DNA of 64,000 bases, from the IMG/VR virus record IMGVR_UViG_3300043429_000427, one strand, 5' to 3'. Within the stretch, counting starts at the first letter, position 1, and every line of letters begins with the position of its first letter. The notes beneath the pieces were generated by a model. That model was not told the DNA's origin. It worked only from the letters and a program-made list of their open reading frames with translations, and did not search any database. Positions 1 through 11,414 of the stretch are shown here, piece after piece. The position numbers and the translations under genes were made by a program. Source of the DNA: a virus.

Positions 1-390
1 TGGTGCTTCCGTTTCTAAACTATCAATATCGGTTAATGTTATTGATTTCGGTTTTATTTCTTCACCATAATGATTTTGTGGTATAGTAAATACAACGCAC
101 TTATTACCCAATACACGCTTACCATATGTGGCTGTATCGGTTACATAATCGGGTATTTCTCTACTATATGTTCTTAATGGATTGTATATTTCATCATAAT
201 ACATTCTGTGGACTTGGTGCCATAATGAATGTAAAAATAATTCATTAGAAGTTAAAGTATGCTCTGGTGCATATTTGTTTTCTGCTAAATATCTATAATA
301 ACCACTACCACTATCTGCATTTGTTGCAGTATATGATTTGTAGACCTTAAATGGTCTTATACTAATATCACTTTTAGGTATTTTCTTCAT
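1..390 (-). CDS. Virion structural protein, truncated by window edge
   Basis: ATG at 390 gives MKKIPKSDISIRPFKVYKSY..., apparently running off the window edge; follows the baseplate module; ATATTTATT motif upstream. Confidence 0.6.
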   Translation of the reverse strand, partial: MKKIPKSDISIRPFKVYKSYTATNADSGSGYYRYLAENKYAPEHTLTSNELFLHSLWHQVHRMYYDEIYNPLRTYSREIPDYVTDTATYGKRVLGNKCVVFTIPQNHYGEEIKPKSITLTDIDSLETEAP

Positions 391-411
391 CTATAATAAA
401 TATAATAAAAA

Positions 412-441
412 GAAAAACCCATCTTTTTGGGATGGGTTTTC
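412..441 (-). terminator. Intrinsic terminator
   Basis: AAAACCCATC/GATGGGTTTT stem followed by a T-run on the minus strand, just after the 460..1689 gene. Confidence 0.75.
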
Positions 442-459
442 AATTTGAGTTATTGTTTA

Positions 460-1689
460 TTAGAAATCCAATTTAACTTTTAATACCAATTCTTTTGAGA
501 ATGATTTTTCAATTGGTTTAGAAGTTTTTGCTACTGCTAATAATTCGTTTGCATCGTTATATAGACCTATTGTTGTAATATATGCCTTTGGGTCTGTTTT
601 AAATGTATCTTGATAGAATGTTCCTTGTGAACCGCTTGTGTAAGTTGGGTTATTTGAGTAGTTAAATTCTCTATTGAATACTCTTACAAAGTAATGTGAT
701 GTAGAAACATTTTCAGTTCTTCTTGCTTCAAAATCCGCACCACCTTTGATTGCGTTAAACAATCTTCTATGATTAAATTCATAAGAAACATAAGAACCAG
801 ATGGAGTCAATTCAGCTCCAACTACTGTTGCTAATGCAGTAGGGTTCAATAATATAATACCTTGTTCTGGGTAAAACTTACCATAACCATATCCACCAGT
901 TGCCGTACTTCTACTTACAATAGTTGCTGCGTTGTTAGTTCCCAAATTCAATGAACCAGAAACCATATTAAATTCTCTTACACCATAGTTTGTTTGATAA
1001 TCAAATTTCTGTCCACTATCATCAATCAAAGTAATTGTACCTGCTGAACCCGATAATGTCAATGAGATATTTCCAGCATCCATTCTTTCTCTGTATCTTG
1101 CACGAGAAACATTTACGATATAAACATCATCACTTTCATAACCATCTGCTGTACTACCTGTATAAAAAGTAAATTTAGGTTTTGCTGCATCTAACAATAA
1201 AGAACGATATTGTACATATGTTGCTTTTGTTGGTAGAGTAGATATATCATTTGCTGCTAAATTAGGAGCCCCAGCACCACTAATGTGCCCATAAGATACA
1301 GCAAACTCAACTTCTGCACTTGCGGTTGTTTCTGATGCGTAAATATTGTAGTAGTATTCATCGGTTGCTGAACCACTTTGACCCGCAACTGCTGATGTAG
1401 AACCGGTAAAGAATGTAGTTAAACTACCATCTCCACTACTCCACAAACCAGTTGTTACGATTTCATTCTTTGCAGTTACAATATCAGTTGTATTGAATTG
1501 CTTGTAGATTGAGTTTGTAACAACACCAGTTTCAGTTACTAATTGTTCACCAGTTGTTAAATATCTGTTAATGATTCCAGCCAATTGGGTTGTATCTAAT
1601 GCGCCATTAGCTGCTTGCTTTTGCCCATTTAGATACTGTGCTAAATCGTTAATAAGTTGGGTACCTGTATTTTGTCCTAAAGTTGCCAT
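460..1689 (-). CDS. Baseplate/tail-fibre attachment structural protein
   Basis: Thr/Gly/Ser-rich; C-terminal ITTIGLYNDANELLAVAK resembles the 'IGLfd..g.LlAva' motif of tail-collar (P2 gpH N-terminal-like) domains; baseplate context. Confidence 0.55.
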   Translation of the reverse strand: MATLGQNTGTQLINDLAQYLNGQKQAANGALDTTQLAGIINRYLTTGEQLVTETGVVTNSIYKQFNTTDIVTAKNEIVTTGLWSSGDGSLTTFFTGSTSAVAGQSGSATDEYYYNIYASETTASAEVEFAVSYGHISGAGAPNLAANDISTLPTKATYVQYRSLLLDAAKPKFTFYTGSTADGYESDDVYIVNVSRARYRERMDAGNISLTLSGSAGTITLIDDSGQKFDYQTNYGVREFNMVSGSLNLGTNNAATIVSRSTATGGYGYGKFYPEQGIILLNPTALATVVGAELTPSGSYVSYEFNHRRLFNAIKGGADFEARRTENVSTSHYFVRVFNREFNYSNNPTYTSGSQGTFYQDTFKTDPKAYITTIGLYNDANELLAVAKTSKPIEKSFSKELVLKVKLDF

Positions 1690-1711
1690 ATTTTTTTGTT
1701 ATCCAATTTTA

Positions 1712-2341
1712 TTATTCAGGTGTTACATAGGTTACTGTAACTGGAATTGTTACCGAACCACCTGTCTCATTTCCAAATATTGTTATTGTTGTTGAGATTG
1801 TAGATGTCAATGAGCTATTTGGTATGAAAGAAAAAGTTAAACCTTTAGCAACTTCAGCGGTTGTTGTTATATTAGAACCCAAGAAAGTTGTTGTAGTTGT
1901 ATTTGCACTTGTCAAACCTTCACCAATAATAGAACCTGCGTTTTTGTTTGCCAAAATTGCCGTATAACCAGCGTTTTTGTTTCCAGCAGGAGATGTAGTT
2001 GGTGTGATTGGGAATTGTCCCGATGTTGTTTTAGCAGCTACCGTAGTAACATTCAATGAAACTTGTGGGATTTTTGTAGTATTCTTTGGTAATGTAACCA
2101 ATTTATACTTCAATACTTGAGTTTCATCTGGAGATGCTTCTAAAATTGGAGTAGCTTTGATTGATGCATCATAATAAGCAGAACCCTTTGGGTGAGCCGC
2201 ATCATATAATGCGTAATCAATTTCATCATCACCCAAAGCAAATTGTGTAATGTTTAATGATTGTCCCGATGCTAATTTTTCTCTTCCTTTTTTTGTAAGA
2301 ATAGCATCAACAGTAATTGTAGTATTATCTAAATATCCCAT
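1712..2341 (-). CDS. Baseplate/tail structural protein
   Basis: N-terminal ILTKKGREKLA..ITQFALGD resembles the start of P2 gpH-like tail-collar domains; Ig-like C-terminus. Confidence 0.55.
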   Translation of the reverse strand: MGYLDNTTITVDAILTKKGREKLASGQSLNITQFALGDDEIDYALYDAAHPKGSAYYDASIKATPILEASPDETQVLKYKLVTLPKNTTKIPQVSLNVTTVAAKTTSGQFPITPTTSPAGNKNAGYTAILANKNAGSIIGEGLTSANTTTTTFLGSNITTTAEVAKGLTFSFIPNSSLTSTISTTITIFGNETGGSVTIPVTVTYVTPE

Positions 2342-2404
2342 ATTTGTATTTTATATCATTAATAAATATATAATATATAATTTTTTAATTTTTTTTCAAC
2401 TTTA

Positions 2405-5400
2405 TTAATCAACAACCAATATCGGTTCATTGTTAGGTCTTCCATTTTCATTAACACGTAGGATAGTAGGATTAGATACGAACTCCTCAACTGCCTCTCT
2501 ACCATCAATAGTAGTTGCGGTTGTTTGTTTAGAACCTTTGAAGAATGTGTTTTCCAAACCTATACTTCTATCTTTATTATATATATAGTGAGATTTTAAA
2601 TATCCACTCGCGGTTGTGATAGAAACTATATTTAAATCACTAGCCAATGAGGAAGTTTGTGAACTCTCTTGCAATATTAGTTCTTGCTTATAAACATCGG
2701 TTAGTATATCTTCATAGATTGAACCCGAAATTCCACTCACATTCATAGGTATTATCAAATCACTTCTGCGAGTAACAATAAATCCTCTGACTTTTTTTGA
2801 TTTATATGTTCCATCATAATCTTCGTAATTCAATCTAGCCCACCCATTATCAAAATAAGTATTGTAGCCAACATCACTATATAATTCACCAACATTTACA
2901 ACTGTGCTACCGAATAAGTCAAATTCGGCCGTTAAACTAGCAGAAATTATTCTGGTATCAATTGATGCGGTTTGATTGGTTTCTAAAAAATTATCAGTAG
3001 ATACTAATTCGTTTACATCAAAATCTACAATTGTACCTTCATAACTATTATTTTCAACTAACAATTCGTTTGATGTTTCTAAATTAACAGATGCAGTATA
3101 GTTGTTAAACTCACCAACCAATATAGTAGATGATGTCAAGTTTAACTGTGTATCATATATACTAACATCACCCCCTATCAAAGTAGTATCCATTGTATTT
3201 ACAGATACATCACTTAAAGTAACATCTTCTGCGATTGGTTTATGTACTTTATGCTTACTTCTTTCTAATAAGTGAGGTGCTATTAATAAACCAGTTGTTG
3301 CTTTAACCCTTGCAGGTAACATTTCTTTAAGGTTTGCAAATAACGATTTATCGTAAAGACGAATTAAGTTTATAAATTGATAAATATCTCTTTCACCAAT
3401 TCTTTCAAAATAGTAGTTTCTTAAATTTGTTAAATCTTTATAAGTATCTTGATACTGGTCATCGTATGCACCAATATACTCATCTATACCAACTCCACCA
3501 AACGATTTTGCTATATCTAAATCTAAATCTTTATTTGGAGAAAAGAATAATCCTAATCTATTACTATCACGTTTTGAGGTTTCGTAAGCCTTTTTAGTTG
3601 AACGAGATTTGTAAGATAAATCGCTTATTAAAGTTTGGTCTTCAAATCTTACCTTATTAGAACTATAACGAGATGCACCTGAATTTGGAACTTGTAAACT
3701 AACTGTCCTATCTATAATTTCATATTGATACGGATATGATGTTGTATTTATAAATCCGCTTGCACTCACATATGTTTGATATGTATTATTTGGAGCCACA
3801 TTCTTAACAGACGCAGTTGTATATAAATTTTTAGGATATTCAAAATCTAAACGAACTTGTAAATCTTTTGTGGATGATGATATGTGATTACCATTTATAG
3901 CTTCAGGATGTAAAACATGCAAATCAAACGCACTTTCACTCAATGCGGTATTCCACATACGGAACTCATCTATTTCACCAACATAAGTTCCACCAATTTG
4001 AATGGTTGAACCAGTATTCCAAATTGCATTATCTACAATATGGTTAAAAGAACCTTGCTTTATAATTCTATCTTTTTCACCATTTTTAAAATAGAATGTA
4101 AATGTAGATGATGTACCTTGTGTTTCATTATTCAATAATATACTATGATAATTTCCATCATAGAATTGATATTGATTGGTTACAATTGTTTCCAATCCAC
4201 TAGATGATGATACAGCTAATTCTAAACTACCAGATGTTTGAGATGCGTGATTACCTGGCACCAATGATAATGTAAATGAATTAGCTTTAAGTAAAGTCAT
4301 TCCACTACCAGAGTACGCTGGTTTGATTCTTAACTCGATTGCATTCGAACCACTCCACTTTGAAGTTAAATAAGAACCACTTGTAAAATTTAAATTTGAT
4401 GTTTGCGTATCATAAATATATTTAGTGGATTCCAACGCATCATCCATATCGGGTCCACCAAATTCTACAACCGATAGATTTGAATTTGGAATACCATAAC
4501 AATTTAATAATGCCGATATACCACGCCTAGTACCTTTATGTTTTAATAAATAAGGTAAGTTGTTAGCTATTCTTCTCCAAACTGATTTTGTTCTTTGTTG
4601 TGGTGTTAATTCCTGTTGCGAATTACCATCTGCATCTGTACCAAATAAGTAACTCCAAAGTTGCGTATTTGAATTTAGATTTTTAGCATTCCACCCAAAT
4701 GATTTTAGATAATCATATAAGAAATCATCGTGAATACCATAATCATTTCTTTCCGTAATGTTTTTTGTATCTACAATTCCTTTAATATACGCCCATATTA
4801 TGTCAAAATGATGACCAATCATATCCAAAAATAAAGGATATTCTGTGGTTGTGCAATTAACATCATCTAAAATGTATAATGGTATATTGTTTTTTAATGC
4901 ATTACGATTAGATGCGTCATATTGTTGAGCAATTACTAGTTCGGAATTAAACCAAGTTGTTGTACTACCAGAACCAGTTGCAGCATATTGAAAATTATAA
5001 TTACCATTTGAATCAAACGAACCAGTTGTGAATCTTCGTGCAAATCCATTTACATCTTTTGGAAAAGTAGATTTTGATGATGATACTAAATAATTTTCCC
5101 ATGCATCAAGTGCATTTAATAAATTTACCTTTTTAGTTTCAGTTGAAGTTATTTCATTAATAGCATTAACCGAACCCGTTAGTGGAAGTAATTGTAAAAT
5201 TTTATCATCATAAAATTCCAATAATTCTTTTTTATACTTAAAGTTAGCTAATCTTTCAACTGCTGAGCTATATTTTATAAAGTTGGAATAGTTGGAATAA
5301 TCTATATTTACTTTATCTACTTCTAGGAAATTATCATATAAATATTTATCTACAATTTGCTGCGAAGTAACCGAACCCGTTAGTATTAAGTTATCCAATG

Positions 5401-7606
5401 ATTCAAATGATGTAGATTGTTCTTTTACAAAATCAACATCAATATCAAAATTAGGCCCACGTAAATAAGTAAGAGGTTGCGAACTTTCGCCTGTTAGGGT
5501 TATTGTTCTTACAATAGGTAAGGACATAATCTCACTAATCCAAAGCGTATCATTTTTATTGATATTTGTTGGTAGTGGTTCATATAGTTTTAAAACTATA
5601 CTTCTATTTATATTAATTGGTATTTGATTACCTAATTCATCTATTCTAAAATTTGTGAATGTAGCTTCATCTGTTTCCCAATTTGATATTACAATTTGTT
5701 TATCATTTTTATCAAATTCAGAAATATGATTTAAGTACCTAGGTCTATCTTGTAAATTAAAATCTATATTTTCTGCTATTGCATTAAATAAATCTTCTTT
5801 TAATTTATCTGTTGAAATATATAAAGCGGGCTCTGTTACTGATATTGTAATTTTAGTTTCATCACCACGAATAGCTTCCATTACGGATTGACCATTCACA
5901 TTACTTTCATCATACGGAACAAATATAAAATCCATCTTTGATGATGAATTTAACGCTCCCTTTCTTTTTAAATCATTAAAGTTAAAGTTTAAAGTATCAG
6001 CTTTACTATATTTACCAATTATATTTTTATCTTCTTCCGATGTATGATATACAATTACATAATCCGCCGTATCTGAACGATACGATACTCTGAATGGATA
6101 TTCACCCAAAGTATAGGTTGGTATCGTTATAGAATCTGGAAAATCTATTTCATTTATTAAAGGTACATCATACCCTTCACTTAAATTTATAGTAGTATAG
6201 CCAGGATTTGGTGTATCACCGAATGCACCATTAGTTGATACAAATACAACTTTAAACGAACCAATGTTATTTTGGAAATCGGCTTTTAAGTCTAATGTAA
6301 TTACTTTATTTTCGTATGTAGTACCAGCGGTAGCACCAACTACCCTTTGCCCAAATGGCGTTTTAACAATAACACCTTCTGCATTTCTTATAGCAATTGG
6401 TACTTGTATTTCTTGCGTTTTATATTTAGAACGCAATGCTGTTCCCGAAATTTTATAATTATGTACACTATCAATTTGAACACCAGCTATTTTATTTTGG
6501 CTTGGTTTTAAATCAACAAATACATCTATATTACGAATTAGTTTGTTAGTTGGAATAGTCAATTTACCATCACGAAAACCTTCGTTAGTGTAAGTGTTAT
6601 CACCTGAATAACTCCACCGTAATTCCACCAAATCATAATTACCTGTATTTGATACGGAAATAATTACATCACGCAACGCTCGGTTATCACTTGTAATAAC
6701 GGCTGCATCTGTCGGTTTAATCATCATTGTAGATGGTAAATCCGGACTTTGAACCATTATATTAAATGGTGATTGCGCATAATTCGTTAAAAATCCAATT
6801 TCTTGCCTTACAGTATATGTAGTACCACCTACGATAGTTCTTTCTAATGTTTTTGTACTTGGTTTGCTATTAGATACATTTAATGCTTCATATCTATAAT
6901 TTAAAGTAAGAGTCGCTGGTGTTTTATCAAAAAATATTGGTTCTTTCGGTGTACTACCTTCGATTTCACTTAAAACCAAACCATCACCATTTTTACCAAT
7001 TATAAATCTATTTAAAACGGTGTATTTATTTGTATCATAATTTGGATAAATTATTGTAGTATCATTAAATTTATTCAAATCAAATTGAGTGGTACTACCT
7101 TCATCTACTTTTTGACCATTTATAGTATAATTTGTAGTTCCCTTTGATACTGAATTATTTATTACTTTTACATTGATGGTTTTAACTGGTGCAATGATTG
7201 GATTATTTACAGTTTTACCAGTGTTGTTGTCTAAATATTCTATATTAGTAACATCACGCATTAAATTATCAATAGCTTTTTGCGATGATAAATCTTGCGT
7301 AGGATTAGTTGTTGATATAACTGTTTGAGAACCATCATCTTTTGTTAGAGTGATACCACCTTGTATTGGTCCTATTGTATCGCTACCTAACATAGTTAGT
7401 GGATTTATATTACCAATGTTTGCAGCTATTCCAGCTTGTAAAGCAGCTTGTCCTTCTGCTGTATTTATACCACCAGGCGCATTGAATGATGTAATTGCCG
7501 CATTTAGTGCGTTTATATCAATTGTAATACCCTGTAATGCCTCAAATGTATCGTAGGGTATTCCTAATCTATCTGCTTCCGCTTTTTGCTCTGGTGTTAA
7601 AGGCAT
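2405..7606 (-). CDS. Large baseplate wedge protein (gpI/gp7-like) with LamG-like domain
   Basis: 1733 aa; RIANNLPYLLKHKGTRRGISALLNCYG is a gpI-like motif; GEIDEFRMWNTALS is a LamG/ConA-like signature. Confidence 0.65.
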   Translation of the reverse strand: MPLTPEQKAEADRLGIPYDTFEALQGITIDINALNAAITSFNAPGGINTAEGQAALQAGIAANIGNINPLTMLGSDTIGPIQGGITLTKDDGSQTVISTTNPTQDLSSQKAIDNLMRDVTNIEYLDNNTGKTVNNPIIAPVKTINVKVINNSVSKGTTNYTINGQKVDEGSTTQFDLNKFNDTTIIYPNYDTNKYTVLNRFIIGKNGDGLVLSEIEGSTPKEPIFFDKTPATLTLNYRYEALNVSNSKPSTKTLERTIVGGTTYTVRQEIGFLTNYAQSPFNIMVQSPDLPSTMMIKPTDAAVITSDNRALRDVIISVSNTGNYDLVELRWSYSGDNTYTNEGFRDGKLTIPTNKLIRNIDVFVDLKPSQNKIAGVQIDSVHNYKISGTALRSKYKTQEIQVPIAIRNAEGVIVKTPFGQRVVGATAGTTYENKVITLDLKADFQNNIGSFKVVFVSTNGAFGDTPNPGYTTINLSEGYDVPLINEIDFPDSITIPTYTLGEYPFRVSYRSDTADYVIVYHTSEEDKNIIGKYSKADTLNFNFNDLKRKGALNSSSKMDFIFVPYDESNVNGQSVMEAIRGDETKITISVTEPALYISTDKLKEDLFNAIAENIDFNLQDRPRYLNHISEFDKNDKQIVISNWETDEATFTNFRIDELGNQIPININRSIVLKLYEPLPTNINKNDTLWISEIMSLPIVRTITLTGESSQPLTYLRGPNFDIDVDFVKEQSTSFESLDNLILTGSVTSQQIVDKYLYDNFLEVDKVNIDYSNYSNFIKYSSAVERLANFKYKKELLEFYDDKILQLLPLTGSVNAINEITSTETKKVNLLNALDAWENYLVSSSKSTFPKDVNGFARRFTTGSFDSNGNYNFQYAATGSGSTTTWFNSELVIAQQYDASNRNALKNNIPLYILDDVNCTTTEYPLFLDMIGHHFDIIWAYIKGIVDTKNITERNDYGIHDDFLYDYLKSFGWNAKNLNSNTQLWSYLFGTDADGNSQQELTPQQRTKSVWRRIANNLPYLLKHKGTRRGISALLNCYGIPNSNLSVVEFGGPDMDDALESTKYIYDTQTSNLNFTSGSYLTSKWSGSNAIELRIKPAYSGSGMTLLKANSFTLSLVPGNHASQTSGSLELAVSSSSGLETIVTNQYQFYDGNYHSILLNNETQGTSSTFTFYFKNGEKDRIIKQGSFNHIVDNAIWNTGSTIQIGGTYVGEIDEFRMWNTALSESAFDLHVLHPEAINGNHISSSTKDLQVRLDFEYPKNLYTTASVKNVAPNNTYQTYVSASGFINTTSYPYQYEIIDRTVSLQVPNSGASRYSSNKVRFEDQTLISDLSYKSRSTKKAYETSKRDSNRLGLFFSPNKDLDLDIAKSFGGVGIDEYIGAYDDQYQDTYKDLTNLRNYYFERIGERDIYQFINLIRLYDKSLFANLKEMLPARVKATTGLLIAPHLLERSKHKVHKPIAEDVTLSDVSVNTMDTTLIGGDVSIYDTQLNLTSSTILVGEFNNYTASVNLETSNELLVENNSYEGTIVDFDVNELVSTDNFLETNQTASIDTRIISASLTAEFDLFGSTVVNVGELYSDVGYNTYFDNGWARLNYEDYDGTYKSKKVRGFIVTRRSDLIIPMNVSGISGSIYEDILTDVYKQELILQESSQTSSLASDLNIVSITTASGYLKSHYIYNKDRSIGLENTFFKGSKQTTATTIDGREAVEEFVSNPTILRVNENGRPNNEPILVVD

Positions 7607-7660
7607 TTTATATTATTTCTTTACTATAATTATTACTTTTTAGGATTTTGAGTTTATATC

Positions 7661-9280
7661 CTATACGAAGCTATCTACCGATGTATCGGATAAATTATTT
7701 GTTCTACCACCTTCACCGCCACCACCACCGGCTCCACCACCACCAGTAGTGGTTGTACTATTATTTGGAGCCGCTGCTCTTGTAGGTACGGTTATTACTT
7801 CTCCACCACCACATCCGGCTCTTTTAATCTTTGTAACATTACCAATTGCAGTACCTTCGTTTGCACAAACAATTCTGTTTGCCCTAGCAGGAACTACAAT
7901 AGTCAATCTTGTTGCATTAGGACCAACATTATATGATACGGTTTGTTCGGAATCTGTTTCGTTATCCAATGTATAATAGAATTGTAATGGTGATATAGAG
8001 GTAGATGTACCCTGTGGTATTACAGGTTCTAATGGAATAATTGGAGGACCAATTGGTACACCAGGAGTAAATCCATAGTTGCTTGTTTCAAATCCAGCAG
8101 ATGGTTTAGCTGCTGCCCCTGGAATCACATCAGAAACCTTAACAGTACCAGCCGGCTCTTGATATGTGATGGGTGGCGTATATGGTTGCTGTGGCGGCAG
8201 TTTAATCTCTTCATAAATAACTCTATCTTTCTGCGTTGTTGTAGTTTTATTTGTTTGGTTAGGATTTACGCCAGTTACATCTTGAATAGATTGTAATTTA
8301 GTGACCGAATTATATCCAGTATCTAATAAAGATTTTAAAATAGCAGATGGTTGGTACTGTCCGGCTACTGCTTTAAATGCCAATGAGTATTCTCTTTTTG
8401 GTAAATTTTGAATACTAAATTCAACACATTCTCTTAATCTATTGATAAGAACAGTTGTAAATTCCGCATTTGATATAAATTCATCAAAATCAAATGGTGC
8501 CCTAACTACTTGTCCATAATTTGGAGCACCCAATTTAAACTCTCTTCCATTTATTTCGTGCATTACAGATTCTCTAAAATTTCTATATGCCTTATTTTTA
8601 AATGCAATGTATCCGTCTTCGCCACCAAATAAAAAATCTTTATTTATAACTTTAATGTATTCTTCGCCAAATGATTTAACAAAGTAATCATCAATAGTTG
8701 TGGATATGGTTAATTCTGCCTTATCTAAAAATTTTTCTATTTTCTTATATGAATATCTAAATTCGGATACATTATCTATAAATGAATCGTATCTATCTTG
8801 TAATTTGGCATTTACTGCTAAATCAGTACCCAATAATGGTAAAACACGAATTTCAGTACGGGATGGTGATACCTCATGAATCCAAACTCTGTGTTGTTTA
8901 TTTTCATTTCCTACATAATTTTTAAGAAAACTAAAACTTACCCTAAACTCACCATTTGCATAACCAGCTTCAAACACTAATTTTTCAACATCAATTTCAA
9001 ATATTTTTTCACCAGTTGTAGTATCTAGTGAATTTTTTAAGTAATTCGATAACTCATCTTTATGTATATATCTAACTTTGATACCATTAGACTGTTCTAA
9101 TAAATTATTAGATATATCATATAAACGAAACTCTATGACATCATTTTTGGATAGTCCAAAATCTTCTACATTTTTAGCAGATGTTTTGAATATATTTAAA
9201 TCAGTTGGATTAATTAGTTGTGCAGTTTGCTCTAATTCCTGATTTATTTTTTCAATATTTTTAAAATCGTTTATAGCCAT
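7661..9280 (-). CDS. Putative virion structural protein
   Basis: 539 aa ORF in the structural operon; Pro/Gly/Thr-rich C-terminus. Confidence 0.5.
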   Translation of the reverse strand: MAINDFKNIEKINQELEQTAQLINPTDLNIFKTSAKNVEDFGLSKNDVIEFRLYDISNNLLEQSNGIKVRYIHKDELSNYLKNSLDTTTGEKIFEIDVEKLVFEAGYANGEFRVSFSFLKNYVGNENKQHRVWIHEVSPSRTEIRVLPLLGTDLAVNAKLQDRYDSFIDNVSEFRYSYKKIEKFLDKAELTISTTIDDYFVKSFGEEYIKVINKDFLFGGEDGYIAFKNKAYRNFRESVMHEINGREFKLGAPNYGQVVRAPFDFDEFISNAEFTTVLINRLRECVEFSIQNLPKREYSLAFKAVAGQYQPSAILKSLLDTGYNSVTKLQSIQDVTGVNPNQTNKTTTTQKDRVIYEEIKLPPQQPYTPPITYQEPAGTVKVSDVIPGAAAKPSAGFETSNYGFTPGVPIGPPIIPLEPVIPQGTSTSISPLQFYYTLDNETDSEQTVSYNVGPNATRLTIVVPARANRIVCANEGTAIGNVTKIKRAGCGGGEVITVPTRAAAPNNSTTTTGGGGAGGGGGEGGRTNNLSDTSVDSFV

Positions 9281-10305
9281 TATCTGTTGTTCATTCTACT
9301 ATCAAATGTTGTTTCTTGTACTGTACCATCCGATGCGGTTGCTTTCATTCTTATTTTGAAATCATACTTTGTTGCCGCTGTTTTTGCACCACCTAATCCA
9401 CCTTCGTATCCACCATTACCACTACTTCTTACAGCTGGATTTCTTAAATTTATCGTTTTAACTTGATTTGCTTTTAATACAACGGGATTTTCTGTCCATT
9501 GATATAAATTAGGACCTTCAAAGTTACCATCATCACTAATTTGAATTGTAACATCCTTCGCTCCTGCTGATATTTTTAATTCACCGGTTCCAAACGCTAT
9601 GTTTGTTGAATAACTATTACCACTACCCTTAACTCTATTTATTTCTACCAAACCAAATCCACCTGATTTTGAATTTTGTGGAGCAACTACTGCTAAATTA
9701 CCTAAAAGTTTAGCACCTGCCTCCGACTTTATTTGGTTTAAGTTAGAAGTTGCTTCTTGTGTTTTAGCTACTGATTGTTGTGCAGCTGCAACTAAATTAT
9801 TTAAAGTATCAATTTGCTTTAATAATGCTGTTTTTTGAGCAATCAAACCAGCATTCTCTGCTTCTAATCCGGTTCTTTCTGCATTTTCAGAAATTGCCTT
9901 TTGTAGTGCAGTAGATACATTAGTTCTCAATTCACTTACGATTGTATTGTTTGCTTCTAATTTATTTTCTAAATTTGCGTTTTGTAATTTAAGAAAATCA
10001 TTTGAAATATACAAAGAACCACTATCAGCTGTTTTTTGTTGTAATTGGTCTGATAAGTCTGCTATTTGAGTATTTAATTCTAAAATTTGAGCATTTAATT
10101 CGGCATTTAAATCTACCTCCGCTTGATATATTGGACGAGGTACTAAATCTAAATTTGGAGTTGGTAGGGGTTTTATTAACTCCGTAACTCTTGTATCAAT
10201 AGATTTTTCAACCTGCCCAGCATTCAATGTATCACTATATAATTTAGTAGATATTGTCTCTGACAGGTTATTCGTATAATTTATATTTTCTCTTTCTATT
10301 GCCAT
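9280..10305 (-). CDS. Coiled-coil structural protein
   Basis: Heptad-rich central region; 1-nt overlaps with both neighbours. Confidence 0.5.
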   Translation of the reverse strand: MAIERENINYTNNLSETISTKLYSDTLNAGQVEKSIDTRVTELIKPLPTPNLDLVPRPIYQAEVDLNAELNAQILELNTQIADLSDQLQQKTADSGSLYISNDFLKLQNANLENKLEANNTIVSELRTNVSTALQKAISENAERTGLEAENAGLIAQKTALLKQIDTLNNLVAAAQQSVAKTQEATSNLNQIKSEAGAKLLGNLAVVAPQNSKSGGFGLVEINRVKGSGNSYSTNIAFGTGELKISAGAKDVTIQISDDGNFEGPNLYQWTENPVVLKANQVKTINLRNPAVRSSGNGGYEGGLGGAKTAATKYDFKIRMKATASDGTVQETTFDSRMNNR

Positions 10306-11414
10306 TATTTGATTATTTCAAAATCACCTAATTCAAATTCTTCTTCGTTGTAATCTTCAATTGTTTTTACTACCAATGTATAAACTCTACCATACGCAAA
10401 GTTTGTAAAGTTCAATCTAATTAAATTACTATCAGTTCCCATAATTACTTTTGAATTTACATCATAAGGAACAATAGTTTCTTTTGTAATTGTATCTTTA
10501 ATTGTGTAATAGCTTTCCGTTGGTAATTTATATCCAGTTTGATATTCAAATGTTGGATAAACATTTCCAGATGTTATTGGGTTAAATTGTTTAACTGGAT
10601 ATAATTCTCTTGCTAATAACTTAATGGTTACTTTTTGATTTACTTTATATTGGTTCTTCAAATTAGATGAATATACTCTATATTGTCTATTACCAACTGC
10701 CGCTAAACTACCAGTAGATATGTTACTTTCTTGCCAACTAATTCTTAACTTTGGTTGGTATATAGTGTTGGTTTCTTTTGAAAAAAACTTAACACTACCA
10801 TAATCAACTCTATCTTCTTCTGCTTCTGAATTATATTTAATAATTAACCCATTATTATCATAACTACCACTTAACCAAGTATGTATTTGGTTTGTTAAAT
10901 CAAAAGTTACATCATCTAAAACATATGAGTATGTGTTTGAATCAATAGAAGATGTGTACCAAGTACCACCATATCCAGTCCAAGAACCAGTGGTACCTGC
11001 GCTGAATGATGCGGTGATACCAACAATATCATCGTTCCATATAGAGGTTGTATCATCTCCATTACGATAAATCCAAGTTACACCATTTGTAGATATTTTA
11101 TCAAAACGAGTACCAGTTCCATTCTCCCAACTTTGTGATATTGGATATGCTTCTAATGTTATAGTTGCAGGTATCTCATTTGCTTCTGCTAACTTCAATT
11201 CTAACGATGCGGTAAAAGAGCCGGATGGTATCTCACCACTTGCTATACTACGAGATATAGCAGTCAAATCGAATTTGATTAGAGTACGAGCAACATCCTT
11301 TGTATCACCATAATATTGTTTTGATACTTCTAATATCTCATCAATACCGGTGTTTTGATACGGTTGTTGTAAATAAATACTTGCATCAAATGATGCGGTG
11401 TAAAATAAGTTCAT
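10305..11414 (-). CDS. DNRLRE-like domain virion protein
   Basis: ASFDASIY..NTG, RTLIKFDL, WENGTG, FFSKET..PKLRISW pattern. Confidence 0.55.
   Translation of the reverse strand: MNLFYTASFDASIYLQQPYQNTGIDEILEVSKQYYGDTKDVARTLIKFDLTAISRSIASGEIPSGSFTASLELKLAEANEIPATITLEAYPISQSWENGTGTRFDKISTNGVTWIYRNGDDTTSIWNDDIVGITASFSAGTTGSWTGYGGTWYTSSIDSNTYSYVLDDVTFDLTNQIHTWLSGSYDNNGLIIKYNSEAEEDRVDYGSVKFFSKETNTIYQPKLRISWQESNISTGSLAAVGNRQYRVYSSNLKNQYKVNQKVTIKLLARELYPVKQFNPITSGNVYPTFEYQTGYKLPTESYYTIKDTITKETIVPYDVNSKVIMGTDSNLIRLNFTNFAYGRVYTLVVKTIEDYNEEEFELGDFEIIK

Noticed and set aside
7708-7760. CCA/CCG-rich microsatellite
   Set aside because: Simply encodes the Thr/Gly low-complexity tail of the 539-aa protein
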